A stretch of DNA of 37,211 nt from Malacoraja senta (taxonomy: Eukaryota): contig JAXLNO010000191.1 in assembly GCA_038087875.1 (NCBI GenBank), positions 1-37,211 on the forward strand, written 5' to 3'. The position numbers were made by a program, and so were the translations under genes. The first letter of the stretch is position 1. Every line of letters starts with the position of its first letter. The notes below the pieces were generated by a model. It was given only the letters and a program-made list of their open reading frames with translations. It was not told where the DNA came from and did not search any database. Below, one piece after another: positions 22,084 to 33,362 of the stretch.

Positions 22084-22233
22084 CTGACAAAGATACTACG
22101 TACCCTTGTTTTGCCCCTATTGTCCCCCCACCCCCTTAGTTCTCGTTGGACCCTCCCCGCCGGGCCCCCCCTTTGTTCCCAGTGGTCTGATCTCCCAGTC
22201 CCTGTCGTCAAACCAACGCGAGAATAATTGAGC

Positions 22234-22370
22234 AGGCGGCACGGTGGCGCAGTGATAGAGTTGCTGCCTCACAGCACCAGGGTCCCAGGTTCGATCCTGG
22301 CCACGGGCGCTCTCTGTGCGGAGTTTGTACGTTCTCCCCTTGATTTGCGTGGATTTTCTCCGAGATCTTA
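22234..22370 (+). mobile_element. V-SINE 5' half
   Basis: A/B boxes, truncated in the V-domain about 80 nt before exon F. Confidence 0.8.
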
Positions 22371-22450
22371 AATTTCTTTTTGTTGCATTTTTTAACTTCA
22401 AAAAAAAACATTTGTCGTGTTTACGCAATTTTTGTTCCATTTCGTTCCAG

Positions 22451-22602
22451 AACCAAACTTTGTCGGTTCTGCTTACATCCAGGAAAGTGCAAACATCGAG
22501 GTGGGGGACGATGATAAAATCTATTTCTTCTTCAGCGAGCGAGCCGTGGAGTACGACTGCTACAGGGACCAAGTGGTGGCTCGAGTTGCTCGCATCTGTA
22601 AG
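22451..22602 (+). CDS. sema4c: Semaphorin-4C-like exon F
   Basis: ttccAG / GTaaga; 152 nt; (E)[50 protein letters not shown]. Confidence 0.97.
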
Positions 22603-22653
22603 GTAAGATGGGCTTGAAGACACAAGGAAATCACACACGCTGGAGGAACTCCA

Positions 22654-23000
22654 CGGGTCACGGTGGCGCAGCGGTAGAGTTGCTGCCTCACATCGAATGC
22701 TCAATAAAATTCCTCGTACGTTGCAAAACATACTTGGCGAATAAAGTGTGATTCTGATTCAATCCCGACTACGGGCGCTGTTTGTACGCAGTTTGTACGC
22801 TCTCCCCGTGACCTGCGTGGGGTTTCCTCCGAGATCTTCGGCTTCCACCCACACTCCAAAGACGTACAGGTTTGTAGGTTACTTGGCTTGGCATGAATGT
22901 GAAATGTCCCTAGCGTGTGCAGCATAGTGTTAATATGCGGGGGGTCGCTGGTCGGCGCGGACTTGGTGGGCCGAAGGGCCTGTTGCCCTAAACTAAACTA
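22654..23000 (+). mobile_element. HE1-like V-SINE with a LINE-tail-like insert of about 65 nt
   Basis: Insert 22692-22757 (aataaa...gattctgattc) between the A and B boxes. Confidence 0.82.
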
Positions 23001-23580
23001 GAGTTAGCGGCTGCATTCACATTGGGGACTTCCAGCCCTTGCTTCCCCTGCACCACATCTGTTCTCCACTGCATCCTGATTGCATCTCTTCATCCCTCCC
23101 CCCCCCACACATCCTGACTGTAACACGTTTTATTGAAGCTCTTTCCGTCCCTCAGTAACCCACACAGCAAGGGGTTCCCACCGGGGGGTGGGGGGCATGG
23201 GAAAGGCAACCTTTCAACCCCGACGTCCTTATTTTCAATTAAATTAGAATCAGATGGACATCCTCCGACAGCTGTTGATGGCACTGACAGTCATTTCTGA
23301 GCAGCATCGAACCAAATCCCTGGCCACTTGTGTTCTTTCTTCCCCTGCTCCAATTAACATTAGTCCGTCAATCTGATTGGGAAAGGTCGCGGCCGGAAAT
23401 GCATCTGGAATGCAGAGGGCAGAATAGGAAATGAGGTCCAAAAAAGGGTCTCGACCCGAAACGTCGCCCATTCCTTCTATCCACAGATACCGCCTGTCCC
23501 TCTGAGTTACTCCAGCTTTCTGTGTCCATTTTCATTTTAAACCAGCATCTGCAGTTCCTCTTTACACATAGGGATTGAGA

Positions 23581-23898
23581 GTTTAGCTCAGTTTACAGAT
23601 AGTGCGCGGGAAGAGGCCCTTCGGCCCACCGAGTCCGTGGCGACCTGCGATCCCCGCACATTAAACATTGCCCTACACACACACACACACAAGGGACAAT
23701 TTTCCCTTTTTATACCAAGCCAATTCACCTACAAACCTGTACGTCTTTGGAGTGTGGGAGGAAACCGAAGATCTCGGAGAAAGCACACGCAGGTCACGGG
23801 GAGAACGTACAAATCCCTACAGACAAGCACCTGTAGTCGGGATCGAACCCGGGTCTCTGGCGCAGTAACGCAGCAACTCCACCGCTGCGTCACCGTGT
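23581..23898 (-). mobile_element. HE1-like V-SINE
   Basis: Full-length. Confidence 0.87.
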
Positions 23899-23980
23899 CG
23901 ACCTATTTGGTTTGGTTCTGTCACTTGAGATAATCACAATACAACCACCGAGACTCTGCCGTAGGGCTAAGGGCTGTCAG

Positions 23981-24282
23981 AGGGCGGTACGGTGGCCCAA
24001 CGGTAGAGTTGCTGCCTTACATCACTAGTGACCTGGGTTCGATCCCGACTGCGGGTGCTGTCTGTACGGAGTTTGTACGTTCTCCCCGTGACCTGCGTGG
24101 GTTTTCTCCGAGAACTTCGGTTTGCTCCCACACCCCAAAGACGTGCAGGTTTATAGGTTAATTGGGCTTCGGTAAAGATTGTAAATTGTGTGTAAGATAG
24201 TGTAACTGTGCGGGGATCGCTGGACACCCTGGACTCGATGGGCCGAAGGGCCACGTTTCCGCACTGTATCTCTAAACTAAAA
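23981..24282 (+). mobile_element. HE1-like V-SINE
   Basis: Full-length, head-to-head with 23581-23898. Confidence 0.87.
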
Positions 24283-24603
24283 ATTCAAGGGCAATTTGGA
24301 GCAGGAGTGTTCGATGTCACCAAAATATTGGATGTGCAAGTTGTGAAAGTGATTTGCAAGTTCACGTTTGTCTTTTCTGAAGAAGTCTTCGCTGACCTTT
24401 CTGAGGGAGGGTGTCGACCGCGGTGCTGGCTCGAAGGGCCGAATGGCCTCCTGCTGCACCTATTTTCTATGACCCCATTATGTCTCTCATTCCTTCTCTC
24501 CAGAGAAGCTGCCTGTCCCGCTGAGTCACTCCAGCTTTTTGCATCCATCTTCGGTTTAAACCGGCAGATCATTCCCAACGCACTGTGTGTTTTTCAATTG
24601 CAG

Positions 24604-24779
24604 GGTGACCTGGGCGGGGCCCGAACGCTTCAGAAAAAGTGGACCACCTTTCTCAAGGCTCGGTTATTGTGCTCGCTCCCTGAGCAGCAACTTCACTTCA
24701 ACAAGATCCAGGCGATCTACACGTTGAACGATAGCAGCTGGCAGGACACAGTGTTCTTTGGTGTCTTCCAGGCTCAGTG
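24604..24779 (+). CDS. sema4c: Semaphorin-4C-like exon G
   Basis: ttgcAG / GTaggt; 176 nt; [58 protein letters not shown](W). Confidence 0.97.
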
Positions 24780-24932
24780 GTAGGTCCTCGTGTTTAATTG
24801 ATCTCCTTCCCTTCCTGTCTCCCTCCCCCGTCTAAGGCCTGCGTCTCGCTGCTATTCCTCCGTCTCGGTTCCTTCACCATCGAACCCTCCGCAGCACCGC
24901 CATTTTCTCTCGCCGCCTGTAAACGGGATTAA

Positions 24933-25410
24933 AGGGCCTGTCCCACTTGGCCGTCATTTGCGCGTTATATGTAAATTAGGTCGACGCGTGGGGTGCGCAT
25001 GCGTTGCGCATGGTGAGGCGTGGAATCGTATGCGGTGGCGCGCGGTATCGCGCGCCGCTCCAGGATTTAGTTCTGGAACAAAATCCTCGCGCGCCACCTG
25101 CGTGACGTATCGCGTATGCACGCTGACGCATTGGGTACGCACGCTGACGCATTGGAGTCGTACGCTGGCGTCCGAACGTCTCACGTGTATCGCGTGGTGA
25201 CGCATGGTTACGTCACTGTGCGTCAACGTCCTTACGTCACCGTGCGTCAACGTCCTGCCGCGCGCCGCAGGGTATTCTAATGACGTCACGCGCACCAGAG
25301 GCTGTGTTGACGCCTGATTTGCGCGCGTCGTCGCGCATCACGACGCGTCAACCGATTTTACATATGACGCGTAAATGAGGCTCAAATGACGGCCAAGTGG
25401 GACAGGCCCT
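24933..25410. mobile_element. PIF/Harbinger-type MITE (interior type 3, CpG-rich)
   Basis: Perfect 28-bp TIR agggcctgtcccacttggccgtcatttg; TAA TSD (24930-32, 25411-13). Confidence 0.88.
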
Positions 25411-25909
25411 TAAGTGTTCCATGTCATCCCATTTTTCACATCCACTCCCGGCACGCCAGAGACGAATTACAGAGGGCCCGTTCACCCGCAGACACGCACG
25501 CACGCACGCCTTTGGAAACGTGGGAGGGAACCGGAGCATCCGGACGTAAACCCACGCCCTCGCAGGGAGAACGTGCAAGCTCCACACAGGGAGCACCCGA
25601 GGTCGGGATGTAACCCGGGGTCTCTGGCGCTGTGAGGCGGCCTCTCTACCAGGTGCGCCACCGTGCCGCCCCAAGACGGGGAGAGCTGGGCGTGAAGGGC
25701 AGAGCGGTGAATAGGTGTCCCATTTGGTCTGGAGAAGCGTCTCGACCCGAAACGTCACCCATCCCTCCTCTCCAGAGATGCTGCCTGACCCGCTGAGTTA
25801 CTCCAACACTTTGTACTGATCATCACTCCTCCCCCTGGGGTGAAGATTGCTAACGTGACTTTGAGAAACATTAAAGACTAGGCTCCACGCTGGACAATGG
25901 GGTGCAGAG

Positions 25910-26167
25910 TAGAGAAATACAGCCTGGAAACAGGCCCTTCGGCCCGCCGAGTCCCTGCCAACCATCGATCGCCCGTTCATTCATCCACTCCTTGCATGCT
26001 GGGAGCAATTTTACCCAGACTGATCAACCTACAAACCCGCACGTCTTTGGGATGTGGGAGGAAAATGGAACAGCTGGAGAAACCCACGCGGTGTCAGGGA
26101 GAACGTGCAAACTCCACACAGACAGCATTTGTGATCAGGATCGAACCCGGGTCTCTGGCGCTGCAAG
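25910..26167 (-). mobile_element. HE1-like V-SINE
   Basis: V-domain and tail; another diverged copy at about 25430-25672. Confidence 0.8.
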
Positions 26168-26489
26168 TTAGCATTGTAGCTGAATAGAGTCACATTGCCA
26201 ACCACACCCATATTTACCCAGTCGGTCACATTCTTGTGCCCTTTGCCCACACCACCACGCGTTCTTCCTGTTCCCGAGACCTGATTGAATCTCTTCCCAT
26301 CGCGATGATGGTTAGTTTGCGAAAGCAGAAGTATTTTCTTCCATCCCGCGTGCATGGGCTGCTCCTCACGCTGACTCTGTGGAGTTGTCCGGGTCACTGA
26401 AGTGTCCGCCGGACGGAGTTGCTTCCCCATTTTGTTCTGAGTGAGCCGATCGCAATTCCATACACCGCTGTCACATCGTCTATTGACCA

Positions 26490-26680
26490 GGGGTGGCGCT
26501 GTAGTGCAGCGGTAAAGTTGCTGCCTCACAGCGCCAGAGACCCGGGTTCGATCCTGACCACGGGTTCTGTCTGAATGGAGTTTGCACGTTCTCCCCATGG
26601 CCTGGGTGGGTTTTCGCTGGTTTCCTCCCACATTACAAAGACGTGCAGGTTTGTAGGTTAATTGGCTTCTGTAAATTGTC
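26490..26680 (+). mobile_element. V-SINE 5' part (a 3' part lies at about 27665-27770)
   Basis: Head and V-domain, cut by a CR1 tail (26678-26760). Confidence 0.8.
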
Positions 26681-26769
26681 AATAGACAATAGGTGCAGGA
26701 GTAGGCCATTCGGCCCTTCGAGCCAGCACCGCCATTCAATGTGATCATGGCTGATCATCCACATAACAT

Positions 26770-27648
26770 ATATAATAATAATAATAATAATAATTCATTT
26801 TATTTGCTGGTGCCTTTCTAACACCCAAGGACACCTTACAATGCATAGAATCACAAAAATACAAAACACATAATCGGAATAAATTAAATATAAAAACACC
26901 ACAATACACAAATCAAGGACAGAATTCAATTACAAAAGCACAAAAAAGAAAATAAGAAACACAATTTGAGGAGAGAGCAGCGGCAGCCAAACCGCGCCAG
27001 CGTCCACTCTCCCCTCCGACCGCCATCTTGCACACAGACTAACAGGCACAGCACACAAAATCATCCCCCCACAATGACCACCACTGTGGGGGAAGGCACA
27101 ATGTCCAGTCCCCAACCCAGTTCTCCCCAGAGTCAGGCCCATCGAGGCCACCACAGTTGCCTCTACGGAGGCCCAATGTTCCTGGCCGTCGGGAGAGTCC
27201 TCGCAGCGGCTGGAACGGCCGGTTTCCCAGCGGAGTCGATGGCACCTGAAGCCGACAGGGCCGCGCCGAGTTGGAGCCACGAGGCTCCCGATGTTGGAGT
27301 CGGCGCCGCCGCCCGCGGCTGGTCGCTCCGCAGTCCCGCAGCCCGGAGGTGTTGATGTCGGCGGTCACCGCATACCGGAGCTCCAGCGCGGCGACCCAGG
27401 CAAGGCATCGCCCGCTACGCTCCCCGATAGCGCTCCAGCGCTGTGCCGCCACCGAAGCTGAAGGTGCTGGGCGGTCCCCATCAGGAAAACGGCGCTCCAG
27501 GCCCGCTGGTAGGCCACGAGGACGGGTCGACGAGGCAGCCTGGAGAAAAAGCTGCCTCACCGACCAGGTAGGGACCCAGAAATAGTTTTCCCCCCACATT
27601 AAGAGTAAAAATTCCCCAAACAAACAAAGAAATAAAAAAAGCTAAAAT
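26770..27648 (-). mobile_element. GC-rich non-coding retroposon-like element with an L2-type 3' tail
   Basis: Minus strand ends tgtaaggtgtccttgggtgttagaaaggcacc...AATAAA...(tta)n; GC-rich body; internal CAAGATGGCG. Confidence 0.6.
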
Positions 27649-28384
27649 ATATCTCAGGACATTGTGTGTAGGACAGAACTAGTGTGAACGTGTGATCGCT
27701 GGTCGGCGCGGACATGGTGGGCCGAAGAGCCTGTTTCCACGCTGTATCGCCAAACTAAATTAAACCGAACGAACGTGCAGTCCCAGCCAAGCCCTGTAGC
27801 TGAACATATCTCAGGACATTGAACTGCTGGTCACCAGTGGTCACAAGAGCATTAAAAATACATGCCCGACAGTTATTTATAGTTAATTTGAGCTTGGGTG
27901 CTTGTAGAATCTTACAGCGAGTGGCAGTAAGCTGGGGCTTATAATGGTGGGGATGGGGGAAGTGTGAGATATCCATTGATTCCGTCTGCCATTGAGCGGT
28001 AAAGAGCCCGGCCAAATCAGTCCAGACTGGGATTTAATGCACTTTCCTGGAATAGGGAACGACCTGTCAGCACTTTTCACCATCGACCCGGCCATTTTAT
28101 ATTTACACAAGGAAACCTGTCCCTCCACGCAAATCTCTAAAGGATTATCGCAGGAAGAAATAGCTTAGGGCAAGGTTTTTGAATATCGAGGACGGAAAGG
28201 ATTAGTGTAACTTGAAGCTGTGGGCTCGCTGAGTTGGTCTGGAGATGTGCTGTGGGGGGTGGGGGGGGGGTTGTCCACCTTGCAATTATTCCCTGTGGAA
28301 AAGCTCTGGGAATGAGCATTGGATGGCGGTCAGAGATGGCAGAGGAAGGAGCCCAGTATTCCCGGGAAGGGCAAGGCATAGAGA

Positions 28385-28612
28385 GAGATAAGGTCATAAA
28401 TGATAGTAGAAATAGGCCATTCAGCCCATCAAGTCTACTCCGCCATTCAATCATGGCTGATCTATCTCTCCCTCCTAACCCCATTCTCCTTCTTTTTCCC
28501 CCATAACCTCTGACACCTGTACTACTCAAGAATCTATCTATCTCTGCCTTAAATATATCCATTGACTTGGCCTCCACAGCCTTCTGTGGCAAAGAATTCC
28601 ACAGATTCACAG
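28385..28612 (-). mobile_element. CR1-like LINE 3' fragment
   Basis: NLWNSLPQKAVEAKSMDIFKAEIDRFL. Confidence 0.82.
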
Positions 28613-28839
28613 ATAATGGTTTAGTTTACTTACGGATACAGTGCGGAAACAGGCCCTTCGGCCCACCGAGTCTGTGCCGACCCGCGATCATCTCGTACAC
28701 TAGCACTATCCTACGAGATAACTAAATGGGAATAGTTCCTGGATTAAGATCGCTGGTTTAAAGCTACTTTATTGTCACTGTACCCAGGTATACAGTTCAG
28801 TTAAATGTTACTCTACAAAAGCGCAATCATACACTATTA

Positions 28840-29055
28840 AGGGCCTGTCCCACTTTCACGATCTAATTCACGACCTTTTTTACCCGTGGACATTTTTCAT
28901 CAGGCTAGAAAAACGCCCCGACCTACTTGAGCCACGAGTACCTACGACTAGCATCACGGCCCGCTACGACCTCGTGATGACCATGCTGCGAGTATGAGTC
29001 AAGGGCAAACTCGGCAGAGGTCGTGAATTAGGTCGTGAAAGTGGGACAGGGCCCT
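28840..29055. mobile_element. PIF/Harbinger-type MITE (short derivative of interior type 1)
   Basis: TIR of about 37 bp; right part nearly identical to 1600-1690; flanks TTA/TAA (imperfect TSD). Confidence 0.8.
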
Positions 29056-29082
29056 TAACAAGTGTGTGAGAACAGTAGATTT

Positions 29083-29512
29083 CAATAGACAATAGACAAT
29101 AGGTGCAGGAGTAGGCCATTCGGCCCTTCGAGCCAGCACCGCCATTCAACGTGATCATGGCTGATCATCCCCAATCAGTACCCCGTTCCTGCCTTCACCC
29201 CATATCCCCTGACTCAGCTATTTTTAAGAGCCCTATCTGGCTCTCTCTTGAAAGCATCCAGAGAACCTGCCTCCACCGCCCTCTGAGGCAGAGAATTCCA
29301 CAGACTCACCACTCTCTGTGAGAAAAAGTGTTTCCTCGTCTCCGTTCTAAATGGCTTACTCCTTATTCTTAAACTGTGTGTGGCCCCTGGTTCTGGACTC
29401 CCCCAACATCGGGAACATGTTTCCTGCCTCTAGCGTGTCCAAGCCCTTAACAATCTTATATGTTTCAATGAGATTCCCTCTCATCCTTCTAAACTCCAGA
29501 GTGTACAAGCCC
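29083..29512 (-). mobile_element. CR1-like LINE 3' fragment
   Basis: (caataga)n tail; [30 protein letters not shown]. Confidence 0.9.
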
Positions 29513-29841
29513 ATTTCACTGAGGCAGTACACAAGAATCACCAACGTCTCTGGCCTCAACTTGCATCCTCCAATTTTCCACGTTCTTTTTTTAGCTTCGT
29601 TTAGAAAGACAGCATGGAAACGTTCCTTTGGCCCACCGAGTCCACACCAACCACCAACCGGCCGCTCACACTCGTTCTATGTTATCCCACTTTCACACCC
29701 CACTGCCGACACACTAGAAACTATTTACAGAGAGGCCAGCTAACCTGCAAACAAGCACGTCATTCATTTATTCCTTCATTCGCTTGGGACTTGGGAGGAA
29801 ACCGGATCACCCGGAGGAAACCCACACCGTCACTGGGAGAA

Positions 29842-30760
29842 CACACCCTCCGGCCACTCCCTCTCCCATCGGGCAAAAGGGATAGAAGTGTGAAAATGCC
29901 CACCTCCTGATTCAGGGACTGTTACTTCCCAGCTGTTATCAGACAACTGAACCATCCCACCACAACCAGAGAGCGGTCGTGAACGACTATCTACCTCTTT
30001 GGAGACCCTCGGACTATCTTGCTATTGAGGGAGTGCAGCGTAGGTTTACAAGGTTAATTCCCGGGATGGCGGGACTGTCATATGCTGAGAGAATGGAGCA
30101 GCTGGACACCTTGTACACTCTGGAGTTTAGATGGATGAGAGGGAAACTCATTGAAACATATAGGATTGTTAAGGGTTTGGACACGCTAGAGGCAGGAAAC
30201 ATGTTCCCGATGTTGGGGGAGTCCAGAACCAGGGGCCACAGTTTAAGAATAAGGAGTAAGCCATTTAGAACGGAGACGAGGAAACACTTTTTCTCACAGA
30301 GAGTGGTGAGTCTGTGGAATTCACTGCCTCAGAGGGCGGTGGAGGGAGGTTCTCTGGATGCTTTCAAGAGAGAGCTAGATAGGGCTCTTAAAAATAGCGG
30401 AGTCAGGGGATATGGGGAGAAGGCAGGAACGGGGTACTGATTGGGGATGATCAGCCATGATCACGTCATTCATTCGAATGGCGGTGCTGGCACGAAGGGC
30501 TGAATGGCGGTGCTGGCTCGAAGGGCCGAATGGCCTACTTCTGCACCTATTGTCTATTGTCTATTGTCTATCTTTGATTGGACTGTACTGGTTTTCTCTT
30601 GCACTGGACTTTATTCACATTATTCCCTATATCATGTATCCGTACACTGTGGACGGCTCGATTGTAATCATGTATTGCCTTTCCGCTGACTGGTTAGCAG
30701 GCAACAAACAGGCTTTTCACTGTACCTCGGTCCACGTGACAATAAACTAAACTGAACTGA
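29842..30760 (+). mobile_element. Rex1/Babar-like LINE 3' fragment, split by a CR1 insertion at about 30014-30570
   Basis: Matches the 32750-33300 copy (ccctctcccatcgggcaaaagg ... ggctcgattgtaatcatgtattg ... gacaataaactaaactgaactga); ctatctt repeated at both CR1 junctions. Confidence 0.8.
30014..30570 (+). mobile_element. CR1-like LINE 3' fragment
   Basis: LAIEGVQRRFTRLIPGMAGLSYAER...FFSQRVVSLWNSLP; (tctattg)n tail. Confidence 0.92.
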
Positions 30761-30774
30761 CCTCTGTGCCGCAG

Positions 30775-30919
30775 GGCTGATCTGGACGTATCTGCCGTGT
30801 GCCAGTACAGGATCGGGGATATCCAGCGAGCATTCGATGGGCCCTACAAGGAGTACCGGGACCAGGCACAGAAGTGGGGACGATACTCGGATAAAGTGCC
30901 GAGCCCCAGGCCCGGAGCG
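30775..30919 (+). CDS. sema4c: Semaphorin-4C-like exon H
   Basis: ccgcAG / GTaagt; 145 nt; (W)[48 protein letters not shown]. Confidence 0.96.
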
Positions 30920-30952
30920 GTAAGTCACCCAACGTCACGGGCATCTAATGGC

Positions 30953-31260
30953 GGGCGGCACGGTGGAGCACCGGTAGAGTTGCTGCCTTACAGCGCCAGA
31001 GACCCGGGTTCGATCCTGACTACGGGCGCTTGTCTGTACGGAGTTTGTTCGTTCTCCCTGTGACCCGTGTGGGTTTTCTCCGAGATCTTCTGTTTCCTCC
31101 CACACTCCGAAGACGTGCAGGTTTGTTGCTTCATTGGCTACGGTGAAAGAAAATGGTAAATTGTCCCTCGTGTGTGCGATAGTGTGAGTGGGAGTCACTG
31201 GTCGGTACGGTCTTGGTCGGCCGGAGGGCCTGTTCACCTGCTGTATTACTAAACCAAACT
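30953..31260 (+). mobile_element. HE1-like V-SINE starting 33 nt after the exon H donor
   Basis: Full-length. Confidence 0.85.
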
Positions 31261-31507
31261 GCGATGATGCCCGACCCGCTGAGTTACTCCAGCGCTTTGT
31301 CCTGAAGCTTGTGTTGGGCGTCGGTGAGGCACCAGAGGCTGGGGCCGGTGAAGTCTTGATATCATAGAGAGACGTGGCAGGGAAACGGCCCTTCGGCCCA
31401 AAGACAGACTGGGGAGGAAGGAGGTGGTGGACTGAGGTACTGAGTGGCTGACTTGGTGAACTTGCAGCAGAATCTGGACTCCCTGTTCATTTTCCACAGG
31501 GCAATAG

Positions 31508-32055
31508 TTTGAGGAAGGACATCCTAATTTGAGGAAGGACATCCTTGTGATTGAGGCAGTGCAGTGTAGGTTCACGAGATTGATCCCTGGGATGGCGGGA
31601 CTGTCATATGAGGAAAGATTGAAAAGACTAGGCTTGTATTCACTGGAGTTTAGAAGGATGAGGGGGAATCTTATAGAAACATATAAAATTATAAAATGAC
31701 TGGACAAGCTAGATGCAGGAAAATGTTCCCAATGTTGGGCGAGTCCAGAACCAGGGCCACAGTCTTAAATAAAGGGGAGGTCATTTTAAGACTGAGGTGA
31801 GAAAAAACTTTTTCACCCAGAGAGTTGTGAATTTATGGAATTCCCTGCCACAGAGGGCAGTGGAGGCCAAATCACTGGATGGATTTAAAGAGAGAGTTAG
31901 ATAGAGCTCTAGGGGCTAGTGGAGTCAAGGGATATGGGGAGAAGGCAGGCACGGGTTATTGATTGGGGACGATCAGCCATGATCACAATGAATGGCGGTG
32001 CTGGCTCGAAGGGCCAATGGCCTCTTCCTGCACCTATTTTCTATGTTTCTATGTT
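31508..32055 (+). mobile_element. CR1-like LINE 3' fragment
   Basis: Nearly identical to 36920-37211 and complementary to 5856-6240. Confidence 0.9.
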
Positions 32056-32214
32056 TGTAACACTCTTCATAAGGGGAGCAGTGAAGCAGCCTTGTAGCCC
32101 CGTCAGAACTAATCTAACGTGGAGTGATTTAACGTGGGCACGTGAGGGTTGTTGATGCTGGATGCCTGTACAACTGGAGAAGCTCAGCCAGTCAGGCAGT
32201 ATCTCTGGAGGACA

Positions 32215-32525
32215 TTTAGTTTAGTTTACAGCGCGGAAACAGGCCTTCGGCCCATCGGGTCCGCGCCGACCAGCGATCCCCCGCACACCAACAGTATCCC
32301 ACACACACGCTAGGGACAATGTTTACATTTACCAAGCCAATTAACCTTCAAACCTGTACGTCTTTGGAGTGTGGGAGGAAACCGAAGATCTCGGAGAAAA
32401 CCCACGCAGGTCACGGGAGAACGTACAAACTCCGTACAGACAGCACCCGTAGTCGGGATCGAACCCGTGTCTCCGGCGCTGCATTCGCTGCAAGGCAGCA
32501 ACTCTACCGCTGCGCCACCACGCTG
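32215..32525 (-). mobile_element. HE1-like V-SINE
   Basis: Full-length; an extra head fragment at about 32575-32670. Confidence 0.87.
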
Positions 32526-32789
32526 CCTCCGGTGAGTGTTCCACGTGCCTATACACATGAATAGGCGATGTCGCACAAGGAGAACGTGTAAACTCCACAC
32601 TGACAGCAGCCGAGGCCGGGATCGAACCTGGATCTCTGGCGCTGTGATGCGGTGGCTGTGCCACCCGCCGCTACACTTAGCCGAGCTTGACCAGTCAGCA
32701 CTGGCACTGAGCTTGGGCTCTCCCTGGCCTTTTGGCCCATCGTGTCGTGCTAGACCCTCATGGTGCTGTCATCAGGGAGGCTACCCCAC

Positions 32790-33300
32790 GGGAGCAGCTC
32801 CATCCAGGACCGCAAGGAATCGCAGAGAGTTGTGGACGCAGCCCAGACCCATCACGCCCACCAACCTCCCTTCCACTGACTCCATCCACACTTCACACTG
32901 CCTCGGCAAGGCCAGCGGCATCATCAAGGACCAATCTCACCCCGGCCACCCCCTCTTCTCTCCTCCCCCATCAGGCAAGAGGCACAGAAGTGTGAAAACA
33001 CACACACCTCCAGATTCAGGGACAGTTTCTTCCCAGCTGTTATCAGCCAACTGAACCATCCTATCACCAACTAGAGAGTGGTCCTGATCTCCCATCTACC
33101 TCATTGGAGACCCTTGGACTATCTTTAATCGGAATTTACATGACTTTATCTTGCACTAAATGTTAAACCCTTTATCTTGTATCCATTCACTGTGGATGGC
33201 TCGATTGTAATCATGTATTGTCTTTCCGCTGACTGGATAGCACGCAACAATAAAGCTTTTCACAGTACCTTACTAAACTCAACTGAACTAAATTAAACTA
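32790..33300 (+). mobile_element. Rex1/Babar-like LINE 3' fragment
   Basis: CLGKASGIIKDQSHPGHPLFSPPPSGKRHRSVKTH, then 3' UTR and (aact)n-type tail. Confidence 0.8.
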
Positions 33301-33362
33301 AGACATACTGTGCTGGAGTAACTCAGCGGGTCAGGCAGCATCTCTGGTGAAAAAAGATGGGG

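Noticed and set aside
21464..22227. Long ORFs (207-234 aa) of repeated CAYRGLGWR / VPRPRLEVC / THTSNLGLG
   Set aside because: By-products of a 27-bp tandem repeat inside an intron; no convincing gene context
26930..27623. Several overlapping ORFs on both strands
   Set aside because: Expected from high GC content; Arg/Ala/Pro-rich with no family motif
27649..27821. atatctcaggacattg repeated around a SINE 3' fragment as a TSD
   Set aside because: The right copy is about 35 nt beyond the SINE tail, so it does not fit a clean TSD
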